From: Amoebophrya sp. A120
Lineage: Eukaryota > Protista > Dinoflagellata
Direction: 5' to 3'
Assembly (NCBI GenBank): GCA_905178155.1
Contig: CAJINV010000003.1
Coordinates: forward strand, 4,215,253 to 4,279,252
Length of the DNA: 64,000 bases
In this document: in pieces, positions 35,131 to 47,425 of the stretch
How positions within the stretch are numbered: the stretch's first letter is position 1
Layout of the letters: each line of letters opens with the position of its first letter
Translations under genes and position numbers: made by a program
Notes under the pieces: generated by a model
Databases searched by the model: none
What the model saw: only the letters and a program-made list of their open reading frames with translations
What the model was told of the DNA's origin: nothing

Positions 35131-37830
35131 TCAGCCGTCAGAAAATTCATCCTCCTCCGCCGGTTCTTCGGCGAAAATGTCTTCGTCTGCAGCGTCGCCA
35201 TCTCCTGGCACCCCCTCGTCGGCGTCGTCGCTGTTCTCTAACGTTGGTGATACAACGAAGTTCAACTCACCACATTCGTGCTGCAGCGGCAGCGTAAAGA
35301 TCAGCGGGTACTCCCGACTGAGAAATATCAGCACGGTCTCGGCAACAGGGAGCCCCGAACCAACCATGATGATCGATTCTGTCGTAAGGAGAATTTTGGT
35401 TACTTCATTTTCGCCACTAAAAAATGTAAAAAAAATAGTTTCAACTTTTTGGCTCATAAAATCCACAAAACACTGAATGACACGACAGAACCTGAGGAAA
35501 ATAAAAAAGACATGCTGATGGTTGGATATGTACCATTTCTGAAGCGGCATTTCTCTTTGCTGTCGAAACCCTCTTTCCTGTTAAGGAATACTTGGTCTTG
35601 ATTAGGTATTTCGAGCTGCTGCTCTAACGTTCCAGCAACGATGAAGTCCACACTCATGCCACCGGTTGCGTTCTCGGAGCCAAACCGTATCATGTCCACT
35701 GGTTTCGATATTACAGTGAAAAGTGCCCCCCACCCCTGAAATTGCAAATATTTGTGATGCGCAGTTTCCAAATGAAAACTTTTTGTCATGCATGAAAGGA
35801 GTATGAATCTTTCTGATGCAGAGTCTAGTCGTGTTTCGCATCGCTTGCATGACAAGCACCGCTCTTCCTGGGATCTTTTGCAATACAAATTTTTGCTATT
35901 CACGATCGGAAATCTGTGATGCTGATACATGCAAGAGGGCGAATGTTTCATTTGGAAAGGTTTGCAATACAAATACTTTCAAGTTCGGGGGTGGGGGCAT
36001 TTTTCATTCTGATATTCGAAGTGCCGTCTTTCATGTCCGTGAAGTCCTCAGTGGGGCACTTATTGTGAGGAAAAATCCCCTCTCCCCATAAATATCCAAA
36101 ACGAAATTTGTGTTGCTGTATTTGAGGCGTGAGGCGGCAATGATCACACTTAGGGGAGGTGGAGCGGTCAGTTGCTGTATTTGAGTACACAAATCGATTT
36201 GTATTGCTAGAAGGCCAAGAGACGAAGCTGCTCCCTCGTTTGCAGGCAATTGGTCATGCTGTTTTCGGTTTCCAGTTGCTTTCTGTCATGCAGAAGGCGC
36301 AAGGCTTTCCTACGCCAGCCAGCACTACAATCCGCATCTCTTCCCTTCTAGCATGACAACGTGATTTGTGGCCACAAATCATGCTACACAAATCTCTCTT
36401 TCGGTATGGAGAGGGGGGATTTTTCATTTTGATAACACTGGACGTAAACCTTCGACTTTTTCTGGTCGGCTGTTGTGCAAGTTTTGCATTTAATCATCCA
36501 TGATCTGGGTGAGGATTTGACCTATCCGAAAAAAAATGAAAAAGAAGAACGCAAAGTAGCGGCTGGCCCAACAAAATTCTCCCTGGTGCTGGTCATTCAA
36601 CATCAACACTTTTGCTTTTCGTACAAATAAGAACATCAGGATCTCACGGTTCGCTAGTTCGTGCAAGGTGTCTTGGACATATCGGAAGCTTGCGACCGGC
36701 ATCTGGAGCCTTGTCGCGTCGTCTTTCTTGGGCGGTATTTCGAGCGCTGACTCGTTCCCGACTGGTAGTATCCTAATTTTGAATTCGTTCAGCTTGAAAC
36801 CGCTGCTTGCCTCTTGCTTTTTCTTGCTCTTCGGCGCTCCTGCCGCACCGTTTGCTTCGTTGGCAGCGTCGATTCCCTCTTGTATTCTTTCTCCCCGTGG
36901 ATCTAGCAGCGCAATCGACAGCGTTTCGCGGTCGACTTCCGTATCATACAGCAGATAGATTATCTGATACAGTAAACGCAATGGTTGTGTAATTGTGGCA
37001 GGCTTTCGTTTTTTGTTTTCACTTTACTTTCCATGATGAGAATGTCTAGCTATGTGCAACAAACATCGACCAAAATCGTCTCTACTAAACAAAAACATAC
37101 GATACACAAAGAAAGTCAGGGACATCACAAAACATAGAAAAATGGTACATCTCTTGTCTTGCAGATCTTGAGCACTTTGTTGATAAGCTGCAAGTCGACA
37201 GAGAAAGTGAATTCGCCGCTTTCCTCACCTTCCGCGGGCTTGTTTGTGGTCTCCACATCGTACAGGTCGAAAGCCTTGTCGGCTTCCAGCGACCATTGCA
37301 CGAGCGACACCTGTGGTAAAGCAAGTAGATCAAGCCGTGTAAATTCATGGCCAACTTTCAATCATCCATCTGTCCATCGCATCTATGTCTATGATTTCCT
37401 GAGTCTCCAGCGCAACATCGCACATTGTGCAATCTTGAAAATAGCAGTGAATGGTATGCTCGGCCTCGGCCTCAGACGCTGTGTGGGAATGAGAGCAAAC
37501 ATGAAGGCGCCCGAGCCCGACCCCGACAACACGGTTAAAAACGGGCATAGTATCTTATCACTCTCTTCATCACAGCAAATCCAATGCACTTACGTGGTTT
37601 GCATCTATCCCGATGTAACTCAGCCGTTTTTTTGTTACTTTCAGGGTGAGTTTTTGAACGTCGGAGTCGTTTTTCTTGTCTTGTATGCTCTGTGCGCAAT
37701 TCACAAGCGTCTTGAAGAGGAACTGGTCCTTGAATTTGCACTCAAACCGGTGCTTTACTTCTTCTTCTTCGTCCTCGTCGCCATCCTCCTGCTGTTCTTG
37801 CTTGATGAGAACATCGCCCTCGTCGGCCAT
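35131..37830 (-). CDS. PCNA: Divergent PCNA-family sliding clamp (~410 aa), 7 exons
   Basis: Exons 37830-37594, 37310-37149, 36963-36648, 36469-36435, 36055-36015, 35703-35534, 35402-35131 (1233 nt). GIDANHVSLVQ ~ SMDSSHVSLVQ; VDLQLINKVLKICKTRDII ~ VNLTSMSKILKCAGNEDII; LQMPVASF ~ VKMPSGEF; LPVAETVLIFLSREYPL...LNFVVSPTLE ~ TPLSSTVTLSMSADVPL...LKYYLAPKIE. The last acceptor is the least certain. Confidence 0.82.
35709..36014. mobile_element. Introner D: TAT...ATA MITE-like element acting as a non-canonical intron in the PCNA-like gene
   Basis: ~70-bp imperfect TIRs (35709-35778 / 35946-36014). Perfect TSD TTCGA 35704-35708 / 36015-36019. Removing 311 nt gives MKDGTS-KPVDMIRF in frame. Confidence 0.92.
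36061..36434. mobile_element. Introner E: TAT...ATA MITE-like element acting as a non-canonical intron in the PCNA-like gene
   Basis: 30-bp imperfect TIRs 36061-36090 / 36405-36434. TSD gcact 36056-36060 / acact 36435-36439. Removing 379 nt gives SKVYVQC-PTEDF in frame. Confidence 0.88.
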
Positions 37831-38836
37831 TTTCTTCTACTTGATTTACTTCTACTGTATTCAAGTGGGAGCGAGACAAGTAAAAACGATTTCACAATAG
37901 GAAGCAGCAATCTTGTCTGTGAAAGCAAATGAAACCGAGAAGTTGCCTCTTCTGCTTTTCACGAAAAGCCATACCACAATGAGACATTTCTACTAGTGTC
38001 GCTGAAGATGCAGGTCATGTACTTCTTGATCTATCATGTGAAAACGAAGCGAGCTAAGCTATTCACATTCAGTTTCATGTGAACGCGACATGTCAGCATG
38101 TTGATATTCTTCGCCGGGGCAACGAGTAACACCGGTGGCGACATTGGTATGGCTCAAACAATAACAGAACTCGTTTGCGGATAGAATGATCAAAATTCAA
38201 CGCAGATCTTCATCTCAACCTTTATTCCTCGGTGCTAACAACAGCAAGATTGCAGTGCGCTACCGCTGAAGATCGTAGAAAGTGGGCGACGAACACTGAG
38301 TATGGTTTTCCTTTTTTCTCCGAAAGCAAGGCAGCAGTAACTGGGTAGGCACGCGCGACTCCACCATTGCTTATTGATACTCTTGAAGTACATTCAACTT
38401 CGTCGAAACAACAAAACAAACAGAAACATGTTAAGAAGTTCTTCCGCAAATCTTGCGGGTAGAAAGCGTTTTGAGAGTTCAATTTACACACTAGAGATAC
38501 TAACGATACGTGAAGAGAGCGACCTGGTAGGCAGGCACACAATCATAAGCGTGGTCTAGTATCAAAAAAACGTAGAAAAAGATGACTTGGTCACCTGGAA
38601 AATGAATGACTTGCCCGAGCGTAGAAGCAAACATAGTTTTAATCCGAGAAAAAAGGAGCTGGAGTTCTTCCTGCAGCAGCCTCATATTCATATGTAGGAC
38701 GTAACTCAACAGACAAAAACTAGGGTCCGCCTCCAGGTTCAGATTGGTTTATTGGTTACAAAATGTCAAAACACTACACAAAGACTCCTCCAAAACTGTT
38801 CGTGTCTAAAATCGCACGACTGCAGATTTGCTATTA

Positions 38837-41800
38837 TTAGGGAACTTCTTGGTTGCCGGCAGACCCGTAGGATTCCGGCGAAGCAGTTGTAGACGGGAAA
38901 ATAAAGGCCCCGCCGGTATAATTGCTGTCTGCCGTTGCAAACGGGATCGACATCACAGTGGAGTCCGCCGATGATACGCCGGACGACGCTGAAGCGGAAG
39001 CAGAGGACGAACTTCGACTCAGTTCGCTCGCTGCGTCGTGCTCTATCAGTCCGGCGGCCGAGGCAGGTGGTATTTGCTCTGTCAACTGATTGTTGCGAAA
39101 AAAGCTAGACAAGCGACACCGCAACCCTTCGAGAAACGCGGGCAGGCGGTGCGGTAGACACACCAACCCCGTCGTTGCACCACTTCGAGCAGCAGCTGGA
39201 GCACCTGCTCTAGTCCCGCTTCCGGAGGAGGCGCTGCTACTACTTTCCCCCACTGCAGCCCCCGTAGACGAGCCACCGCCGTGCTGCTGTCCGCTGGAAG
39301 ATGCGTTGCTTGCTGGGGCCACAAGGTACTGGTAGAGATACGATGCCAAGTTGTTTCCCCCGGCGCTTCCGGAACTGTTACTCGCACTAGTACCGGAAGC
39401 GCTTCGTCCCCGTTGGTCCGCAAGTCTGTTACCCGAGTTTCCTATGAGGCCGCTCAGCATACCGTCACTAATCGGATCTACTTCAGGACAAACGGTTTCT
39501 TCTCCGGTAGCGCACCTGCGACACAAGTCGAAACCGAACGGGTGTGCGCCGACCCGCTCCGCGGGACAGTGATAGAGCTGTGTCCGCCCTCGCACAGCAC
39601 GGTTGCACATATCGCACTCCACCGGGCACCTGCATTTTTGCCAGTCAAAATCAGTGTAAGCACCAAAGGCGGGCCCGAATTTGATGAAAGTGTCAAGAGA
39701 AGAAAGAGGGACAAGAAAGACAAACTGAAAAATCAACTTCATCAAATGGAAACAAAAAGCAAGCCAGATGTTTGACCAATTTCAACGATGTAAGTACTTA
39801 CCCTAAACTCGTCGAGTAGGCAGACCGTGCGGAGACAAGCTGCATCGTCTCTCCGCATGGACAAAGCACGCGGCGGGAGTCCAGCAAAACGTCCTCAGAG
39901 AAATGCAAATCCTCTACCAGTTGGTCGAGTTCCGCGCGTAAGTCCGCATTTAAGTGCACGGTTACATCGCTCGAGGAAATTCCCGGCGCCGTAGTAGATG
40001 ATTCGTTCGGTGGCGCTGCTACAACTTCTAAGGTCGCATGCTCCGTGACGTCGACCATCTCCGCATCTTCTTCGAACTCCTGCAGCTCAGGGGGTGTGGT
40101 ACTGCTCGACGGTAAAGAGGAAGGTGCGGTGCCTAGAGTGTTCGACCGTGAACGCGTTCTTGATGTCGTTGAGGACACATTATTAGATGCTTGTTCAGTT
40201 GCACTTAAGTCTATTACAAGGCTGACCGCGTCATTCTGGTTTTCACGATATGCTGCACCATTCCTGCTGCTGCTATCCCCGCCGAGAAGCGGCTCTGACC
40301 TACTATCAAAACCTGTGTTCGCGAAGTCACCAAGTGGACTGATGTCAGCTCTGGTTGCATTCAGCGATGATGCCGGTGGCATTCGTCGATGCAAGGATTG
40401 CTGTGCCGACCGCATTTCTTCCCTTGCTCCAGCGGCCACGTCACTGTGCAACTCCACAGACTGCCGTGAGCCGCACCTTCTTCCGAATAGGCCCTGCACA
40501 AATGCCGCTATGCGGCTTTGTTCTCCGATTGCTGCGCCGGCAAACAGCCGCGGACTGGCAGGGAGGTTATTCTGGTATTGAAGATAATTATCAGTCGATG
40601 CCGCACTGCTAGAGGAAGAAGAAGAGATAGTTCTATTTGCTGATACAACTGCGGGATCGTAAACTACAACAGCTGTGCTACTTGAGGAACTGCTGCTTCC
40701 CGCGCTGGAAGGAGCGCGTGTTGCCCCAGACTGTGCTGCCCTGCTTGTTGCGCGGCTGCCGACGGGGAGAGTTTCCTGTTGCAGATGGGTCCGGAAATCG
40801 CGGTACCGCTGAAAGGTTTGCCGCAGATCGCGATACAAGTCCAAGTCGCTGGCACGCAGGATGCCCAGGGCCGTCGCGGACGTGTTGGCATCCAGTTGAG
40901 CAAGCTCGGCCGCACTGATGGCCGTGTACATTCGCGAATTCTTACCCCGCTGCGCCGAGCCGTGTTTCTTGTTTCGGTTCTGCAACACCATCTTTCCGTC
41001 CTTCGGCGCGCCCAGTTCCCAATCCGCTCGCGTGTCCCGGGCGCGGGCTGTGATCTTGGACGGAGTCGCGCTCACAACGGGGCTGTCAGGTCCTGAGTCG
41101 TCCGTGGTCGCCGTGGAAAGTTTGCTTTGATCTCGATGATGATTATCGGTCATGAGTTCGTAGCCGTCGTGGGGAACATGATTGGATACGGAGAGACTGA
41201 TCGCGTTGTTCGCATGATGATCCCCGTTCTGCACAAGATTCTTGTCGTAGGTCTCGATTTCCTGTTCTGTACGCTTCCGAAAGGGCATCCGACAGTACGG
41301 ACAACGGGCATACACCTTCGAGACCAGTTGTGTCGCGCAATCGGCGCACATATTCGAATGACCACACGGCAAGCAGTGCGCGGGATCAGGTTCTGAATCC
41401 AAGCAGATACAGCATAGGTCCTGCTCAAGCTCTCTGCTTGCGCCCCTCTCTTGCACGACCTTGTGGAGGGTTGTTGTCCCAGTTGGTGAAAGCGTTGCAT
41501 CATGATGAGTTGTGGAGGTTAGTGTGGTACTGCTCTCTACTGTCTCCATAATACGATCGCCCAAATCTTGCAGGTCTTGATGGTCTTCCACAAGCAACGG
41601 AGATGTTGGTGCGGCGTTCTTCCTACTGCTTGTTGCCGTTGCAGCTATTATTTTGCCCGGTTCAACAACATCAATATTGGTGAAGTCAGCTGTCGGCAGA
41701 ATTCCGCGCCTCGCGAGGGCTGCAACTAAGGTTTCTCTGGTGTCGAGCACGGGCGCTTTGTTCGGCGAGGGCAAAGTAGATGCACCGAGCGCCAAATCCA

Positions 41801-42647
41801 GATCGAGACCAATCACCATTGGTTCACTGGCGACACTCGCCACATCCGAGATATTGTCTCCCGTTCCTGACGTGCACTGTGCCAGTGCATCGACATCGTG
41901 TGAAGAAGAAGAAGAACATGCTGTTGTATGAACAGGAGGATAAATGGAGCTGCCTTCACTGCGAATCTTGATTGTTCGGCTCTGATGACCGTCGTGCGCT
42001 ACTGGGAGATGAACCTTTGTTCTCACGGTAGCCGCTCCCTGGAGGTCAACTTCTGCGGCTTGCATGACGTTGCTAGTAGCGCATGCTACATCATCAACCA
42101 TGTGGTCTCCTTCGTCTACATTGTCATCTGGCGTAGCTGTATGCGAGGTGGGCGACAGTGTGAACCAGTGTGGTCCTCCGTCGGAAGTCGGCGAAGGGGC
42201 CGTTGACGAGGTGGGTGTTGTACTAGGTCCCACTGTCGCGGCAGGCGACACGGCTAGGAGCTGCGGGTCGCCGTGCTTTCGACGCTTCAGCATCATGCCA
42301 GTCGGCGATGGATCGTCCTCGACGTCGCTGTCTGGCTGAACATCTATCGCATTTTCCTCACTTCGCCAGGAAGGAGGAGGCAAAGCAGTACTTAGCGTCC
42401 CGATTCTGCTTGTGCTTTCTGTGTTAATGTTATCGTCATTCTGCATCTGCTCATTCCATCGAACAGCTTGCTCCATAATCTCTTCTTTGCTGCGTTTCCG
42501 CTGCTTCAGTCTCGGAGAGAACAAAGTGCCGGCAGTAGTAGGGCGTCTCGTCGGAGAAGTACTAGCCGGTGCTGTGTGCTCACTTCGTCCCTGAGACGAC
42601 TCCAGAGGGGGAGCAGCGGCTGATGAAGTCGTCCAATCTCGATTCAT
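38837..42647 (-). CDS. RING-finger (C3HC4) protein with a C-terminal ZZ-like zinc finger, putative E3 ligase; 2 exons
   Basis: CCICLD...CLPCGHSNMCADCA...CPYCR. GT-AG intron 39630-39801 joins CPCG...SAYSTSLG-CPVECDMC...YHCP...HPFGFDLCRRC. Confidence 0.82.
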
Positions 42648-43658
42648 TCGTTGCTGCGCCGACCAGGCTGCATAAGCAGGTTTTCACCAATTCTTTCGAA
42701 GAGGATACCGGTGTTGATTCACAGCACGAGAGAGATGATGTTGTAGGGGGGACAAAACTGTTGCAATCGGTTATATGTCTAAGCACCAGAGGCACACTAG
42801 AGGGGGTCATGGGTACAACAAAGAAAAAGGCACGGAAGTTAAAGGGCAAAGAGCTATGTCGCAGAAATTCAAAACTTGACCTTCCAAAAATGAACGACTA
42901 AATAGCGGGGCGGCTACTTGGTAACAACTAACAAGTTGAGTTTTATCATATTCCTATTGCTATCGCTATCTCTAATGATGAGGGAGAGGTGAGTCCGTGG
43001 GTCTTAATGCGTTCAGAGATATTTTGGTACACCACCACGACCTGTGCTGGAAAAAAAAAATCAGGGGGGCTCTGAAATACGCTTCCACGTATAGACGACT
43101 GCTTTGACGGCGGGATGCCGGTTTTTGTTTTTCCAATATGTGTTTCACTTTCACCGAGGACAATGCAGTGCTGGCGTTAGTCTACTTGTCACAGGTGCAT
43201 ACATCACCGAAGCGACACTACGTCTTTTTCTTCAAGCATGTGGCAGCACCGATCCGTCATGTTCATCACAATTCGACCGCGACCGAAAAATACTCAAAGT
43301 CACGAGGTAAAACGAGCATACAAGTTTTGAACGACACATTGATCACCGACACGGATTCTCATAATCGAGAAGTTTGACCGACTCGTTCTGTGCAAACTAC
43401 TTCAACATCTTGATTATGATTTAGAAATCATGTGGTCACGACATATTACAGACCATGATTGGCTGAACGAACACAGACAATGTCTGTACTGGGTTAGAGG
43501 GGTCGCTGTATATGAGTTGTAGCACGGTCGTTAGAATTATGGTCGCTGTAGCAGATGACTAGCTACTCAAATTTATTTGCGCTAGTACTAGCCGTACCGA
43601 TATCCTCCATCGATCCGGATCTGATAAAGGAATGTGATGCGTTGGCGTTCTCGGTGTG

Positions 43659-46007
43659 CTATTCTATCGGAGCGAGTAGCTCGGTGCGAATGACGTACTT
43701 CGACCCTTCCAGCACCGGGGAGCCTTCGTGGAGCAGTGGAGGCAGACATTCGCCATGCGGAAAAACCAACACGGCACCCTTGACGGGTTTCACGGGGATT
43801 GACACCATACGGCCTTCAGTCGCTGGAACGAAATACCGGGTGCACCCGCCGGAAAAATCGTCGTTCAGGTAAATCAGAAAAGTGAAGTGAGACGTCTTCG
43901 CTTTTGCCTTGTCTTCCGTCAAGTAGCCGGGGCTTGACCCTTTTCCATTTTGTGCAGCTGCCCAGTACGGCGATTTTTCATATTTCTGCACGCGCCCAGC
44001 CTCGTAATACAACCCGTCCGCAGTCAGCTCCGAATTCGGCCAAGCACCGTCGATGTGCGGTCGGTAGTAGCGGCCGGGGACATACCGATAGCACCGCCAG
44101 CGACGGTTCAGGCTATCCACTTTTTGCATCACCTCCGTTCCGCTACCGTCTTCGCGAAGTTTCTTCGTGCTGTCAGTTGACCGCTGCAGCAACGGTTCTA
44201 CTCTTCGGAAAATCTCTCGCTCGATGTCCTCCGAAACCATCCAGACGCATGCGTGCGCCAGTTTCGAATCCCCGGGCTGCCCTTGCAAAGGTTCGTCGGG
44301 GTGATATCCTGCAGTCTCGGCGCAGTGGCGTAAGTTATCACACTCCCAGGGCCGCAACACGTTGTGCAGCAAGAACGCACCCGGCACAAATGGGACGTCA
44401 AATCGACTCATGTTGTCTGGCGCGGTTGCCCCCAACACCTCAGACGAGCGAAACGCATTGCGCATAATCTGCAGCGGGTACTTGTTCGGGGGACGGCGGT
44501 CCCGCGCCGCTTCTTCGTAACAAACGTGAAACTTTGGCTCAACTTTCATCTGCTTTTCATCAGCAGCAGCACTCGCCCCCTCTACCGAGTCCTCACAAGG
44601 GGCTGGCTCGCAGCGATTCCGAAACTCGTGCGTTTCCAGGAGAACAAGCTCACTTGCTCCTCCGTCTTGCGCTGTGGGTCTCCTTGACGAAAGACCTTCG
44701 ATCTTCGCGTGCGCATCGCAGTAAGATTGTACTTCCTTCAGAGCCGGCATCCGATGGACGAATTTCTCTGCGCTTTGCCCCGGCGAGTTTTTATCCGCTT
44801 GTGGTCCTTTCCTTTCTCGAGAATCTCCTTCGTAGTAGCAACTCAAAAGCGCATGCAACAGTCTCCACCGCGCAGTGCTTTCGTTCCTGCTCTTGGAAAT
44901 GTCAGTTACACTCCTTTTACTACCATGATTCTCTACTTCAGCTTGCTTGCCGGTTTGGTGCAAGGAGATGCCCGCGGCGTCGATTTGACGGATCCAGCGC
45001 TGCAAGGCTCCAAGCTTCGGCATCTCGTTACGCGGATGAAACTGGGCGCGGAGCAAGGAGACTGCGGCATCGTAGTCGCTGCCGTCAATCATGACGCTCA
45101 CCGCCTCGTGCATCTGCCGCCGCATGGCAGCAGTCACTGTCACGAGGGACGAGGCGGAGGAAGAAGTAGATGCCGGTGATTCTAGAAGTGGTCCTTCCCG
45201 CCCGGAGGCGCCGATCTCCTCTTCTTGGGCCGAAGCAGCTAGTGCCTGGTGCTCTTGCAGATTCTTTTTTTGATTAGCAAGAATACTGTCCTGAATGAGC
45301 TGAAGCGACTGCTGATTTCTTGGCCTTTTATGCGCAGTCATCATACCACCGGCCCCTGATCCCGCCGATGCTCCACTCGTCGTGGGTTGCAAGTGGCTCA
45401 GGACGCGGTAAATTTCCCTGCGCAGGTCTTTGAACCGTTTGTCCGTCCGTAGTTTTTGTGGCTCCACATTCGTTGCTAAATGCCCCAACGTGCGAACAAC
45501 CTGGACAAGGCACGCATCACTCAAGGAGGATTCTTCTTCTGGCTCCACCTTGTCGTTACCATTTTCATCTTGCTTCTTTTCTTCTTCTGCTGATAAAGAT
45601 GAGCCAGTAGTCCTCTCGCTTTCAACGTGTGCGCGAGGACTTTCTGCAGATTCGCGACTCTCGGTGCAGCTGCTTTGGCATGATACTACTACTGCTGCAT
45701 CCAGCCCTTTTCGCTTTTTGTACAGCGGCCCTTCGTCGTCGTCCGAGCCGTTTTTATCGTGGTCGTGGTTCTGAACCACGACGCAGCTCCTGCCTTGTTC
45801 CACAAGAACGTCTGCCGGCGTAGTTGTACTAGACATGATAGAACTTCCCGCATTCTTTGTCAAGACAGAAGTAGTAATTTGCGTCGGGGTCGTCGCGATA
45901 TTTTTCGGCGCAGTGTGAATGGCGTACGGATCCCGATCCGCCAATCTGTCTCCGCTGCTCTGACGAGTGACGGCATCCTTCTTATTCTTGTTTCGCTTCT
46001 TAGCCAT
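43659..46007 (-). CDS. 2-oxoglutarate/Fe(II) dioxygenase (prolyl 4-hydroxylase-like)
   Basis: FLLHNVL..EC, RWRCYRY..G..YRPHIDG (HxD), TFLIYLNDDFSGG.T, PVKGAVLVFPHG, LLHEG and KYVIRT. Confidence 0.9.
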   Translation of the reverse strand: MAKKRNKNKKDAVTRQSSGDRLADRDPYAIHTAPKNIATTPTQITTSVLTKNAGSSIMSSTTTPADVLVEQGRSCVVVQNHDHDKNGSDDDEGPLYKKRKGLDAAVVVSCQSSCTESRESAESPRAHVESERTTGSSLSAEEEKKQDENGNDKVEPEEESSLSDACLVQVVRTLGHLATNVEPQKLRTDKRFKDLRREIYRVLSHLQPTTSGASAGSGAGGMMTAHKRPRNQQSLQLIQDSILANQKKNLQEHQALAASAQEEEIGASGREGPLLESPASTSSSASSLVTVTAAMRRQMHEAVSVMIDGSDYDAAVSLLRAQFHPRNEMPKLGALQRWIRQIDAAGISLHQTGKQAEVENHGSKRSVTDISKSRNESTARWRLLHALLSCYYEGDSRERKGPQADKNSPGQSAEKFVHRMPALKEVQSYCDAHAKIEGLSSRRPTAQDGGASELVLLETHEFRNRCEPAPCEDSVEGASAAADEKQMKVEPKFHVCYEEAARDRRPPNKYPLQIMRNAFRSSEVLGATAPDNMSRFDVPFVPGAFLLHNVLRPWECDNLRHCAETAGYHPDEPLQGQPGDSKLAHACVWMVSEDIEREIFRRVEPLLQRSTDSTKKLREDGSGTEVMQKVDSLNRRWRCYRYVPGRYYRPHIDGAWPNSELTADGLYYEAGRVQKYEKSPYWAAAQNGKGSSPGYLTEDKAKAKTSHFTFLIYLNDDFSGGCTRYFVPATEGRMVSIPVKPVKGAVLVFPHGECLPPLLHEGSPVLEGSKYVIRTELLAPIE

Positions 46008-47425
46008 CTTCGTTTGGCTTTTTTGTCACTTTGCCTATCGTCGTTGTTTTGGCTCCAGCTTTGAATCGGACTCGACGTTATTTTATTCCTTACATGATCA
46101 GTAGCGTTCGTAATGTCGTAATAGTAAACAGATCCACGCGTTCACTGTTTGTCTCAATGTCAATCGCGAGTTGCGGCCGAAAATTTATCAACATGTGCGA
46201 TGAAGCGGGAATTCAAAGTGATTTCCTCCCACGTAGCAACCGGAACTGTTCAAGGAAACGAAAAGGGTATTTCGACTGAACATTTAGATCGCGATCGTGG
46301 ATCCATAGTACATCCGTCGAGCTCTATCTAGCAACAATGATCACGTGGATCCAGTTTCTTGTTAAAACATAAACTTCACACAGGATTGCAACAAGCTCCA
46401 CGCGCCTTTTCTCCGATAGCTTCGAGGACCGTGAAAATTAAAGCCTGCGCCACACAAGACCTCCAACACGTTTGCGATGGCCAGTGCATTATTCATTTTT
46501 GATGATCTCCGCATTTTCCTTTTCGTCGGAACTGCTTTTAAATCGGTAATCTTGATCTTCCTGTTCCTTGTTGGTCATCTTGTATGGTACATCAAATGAT
46601 TGGTCACCAGTTCACGGCTCCATGCAATTTTTTAGTGCACTAGCTCGCTGCCAGAACATCAGCTGTTCTTGCAACAGGTGGCAAACAAACCTGGCGACAT
46701 TTTTTAGCAACACTTCAGCATCGCCGGGGTTACTACGCATTCCTTTTCCAGGTGTTCCAGATGTCCGTCTTCAGGGTCAGGGCACGAACTACCTAGTAAC
46801 CAAAATTTCTTCTGATCTTCTTCGAAGTTTTCCTCCTGTGTTCTCGCGATAAAAAAAATTGCAACTAACAACCCGAAAAAAATGCCGACTAATCATCAAT
46901 TTTTGTTTTGCTTTTGAGCATGGTTCGTTTACACGGCATCGATCCTATTCCTAACACATGCCACCCGTATCTGATACTGAGCTCACCCTAACACTTCTTT
47001 TTCGTGAAACTAAAGCGTGCGAGGATACTTAGTTGTCAAGATTCCATTCGACTTAGCCCTCAGCGTCAGATGCACATGCAGTAGTAGCTCCTACTTTTCT
47101 TCGACGTGTTCCCGAAAGTATTTGATATCATCGCTTGCTAGAATCGAAAATCAGAGTAAGTAAAGTTCGTGTTGAAAGTCAAATTGAATGCCAATTGTTT
47201 TGAAAACGTGTGAAAGACAGCCACGATCGTTCTTTATTAACAAAGCTCACAGCCAGTGCGATCTCTCAGAGTCGCGGTCTCGTCAACTCAAACTCATCAG
47301 AAAGTAAAAAGTTCTGTCGTCGTTATGTGCTCCCACCAGCCACAGCACAACACTATTTATTTCACTTTCGAACAATAGTTCCCCCGTCGTGCCGGTCGGC
47401 GGTACTATCGCACGTTCCCCTACAA

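Noticed and set aside
2143-36014. G-U wobble bias in TIR mismatches as evidence for selection on RNA pairing
   Set aside because: Elements A and B favour G-U but element D has mostly A-C mismatches on the coding strand; inconsistent in this small sample.
35736-36642. Single 907-nt AT-AG intron in the PCNA-like gene
   Set aside because: Better explained by one GT-AG intron, two TIR/TSD introners and two micro-exons, which restore the VYVQC strand; the 'GWGALFTV' peptide is TIR sequence.
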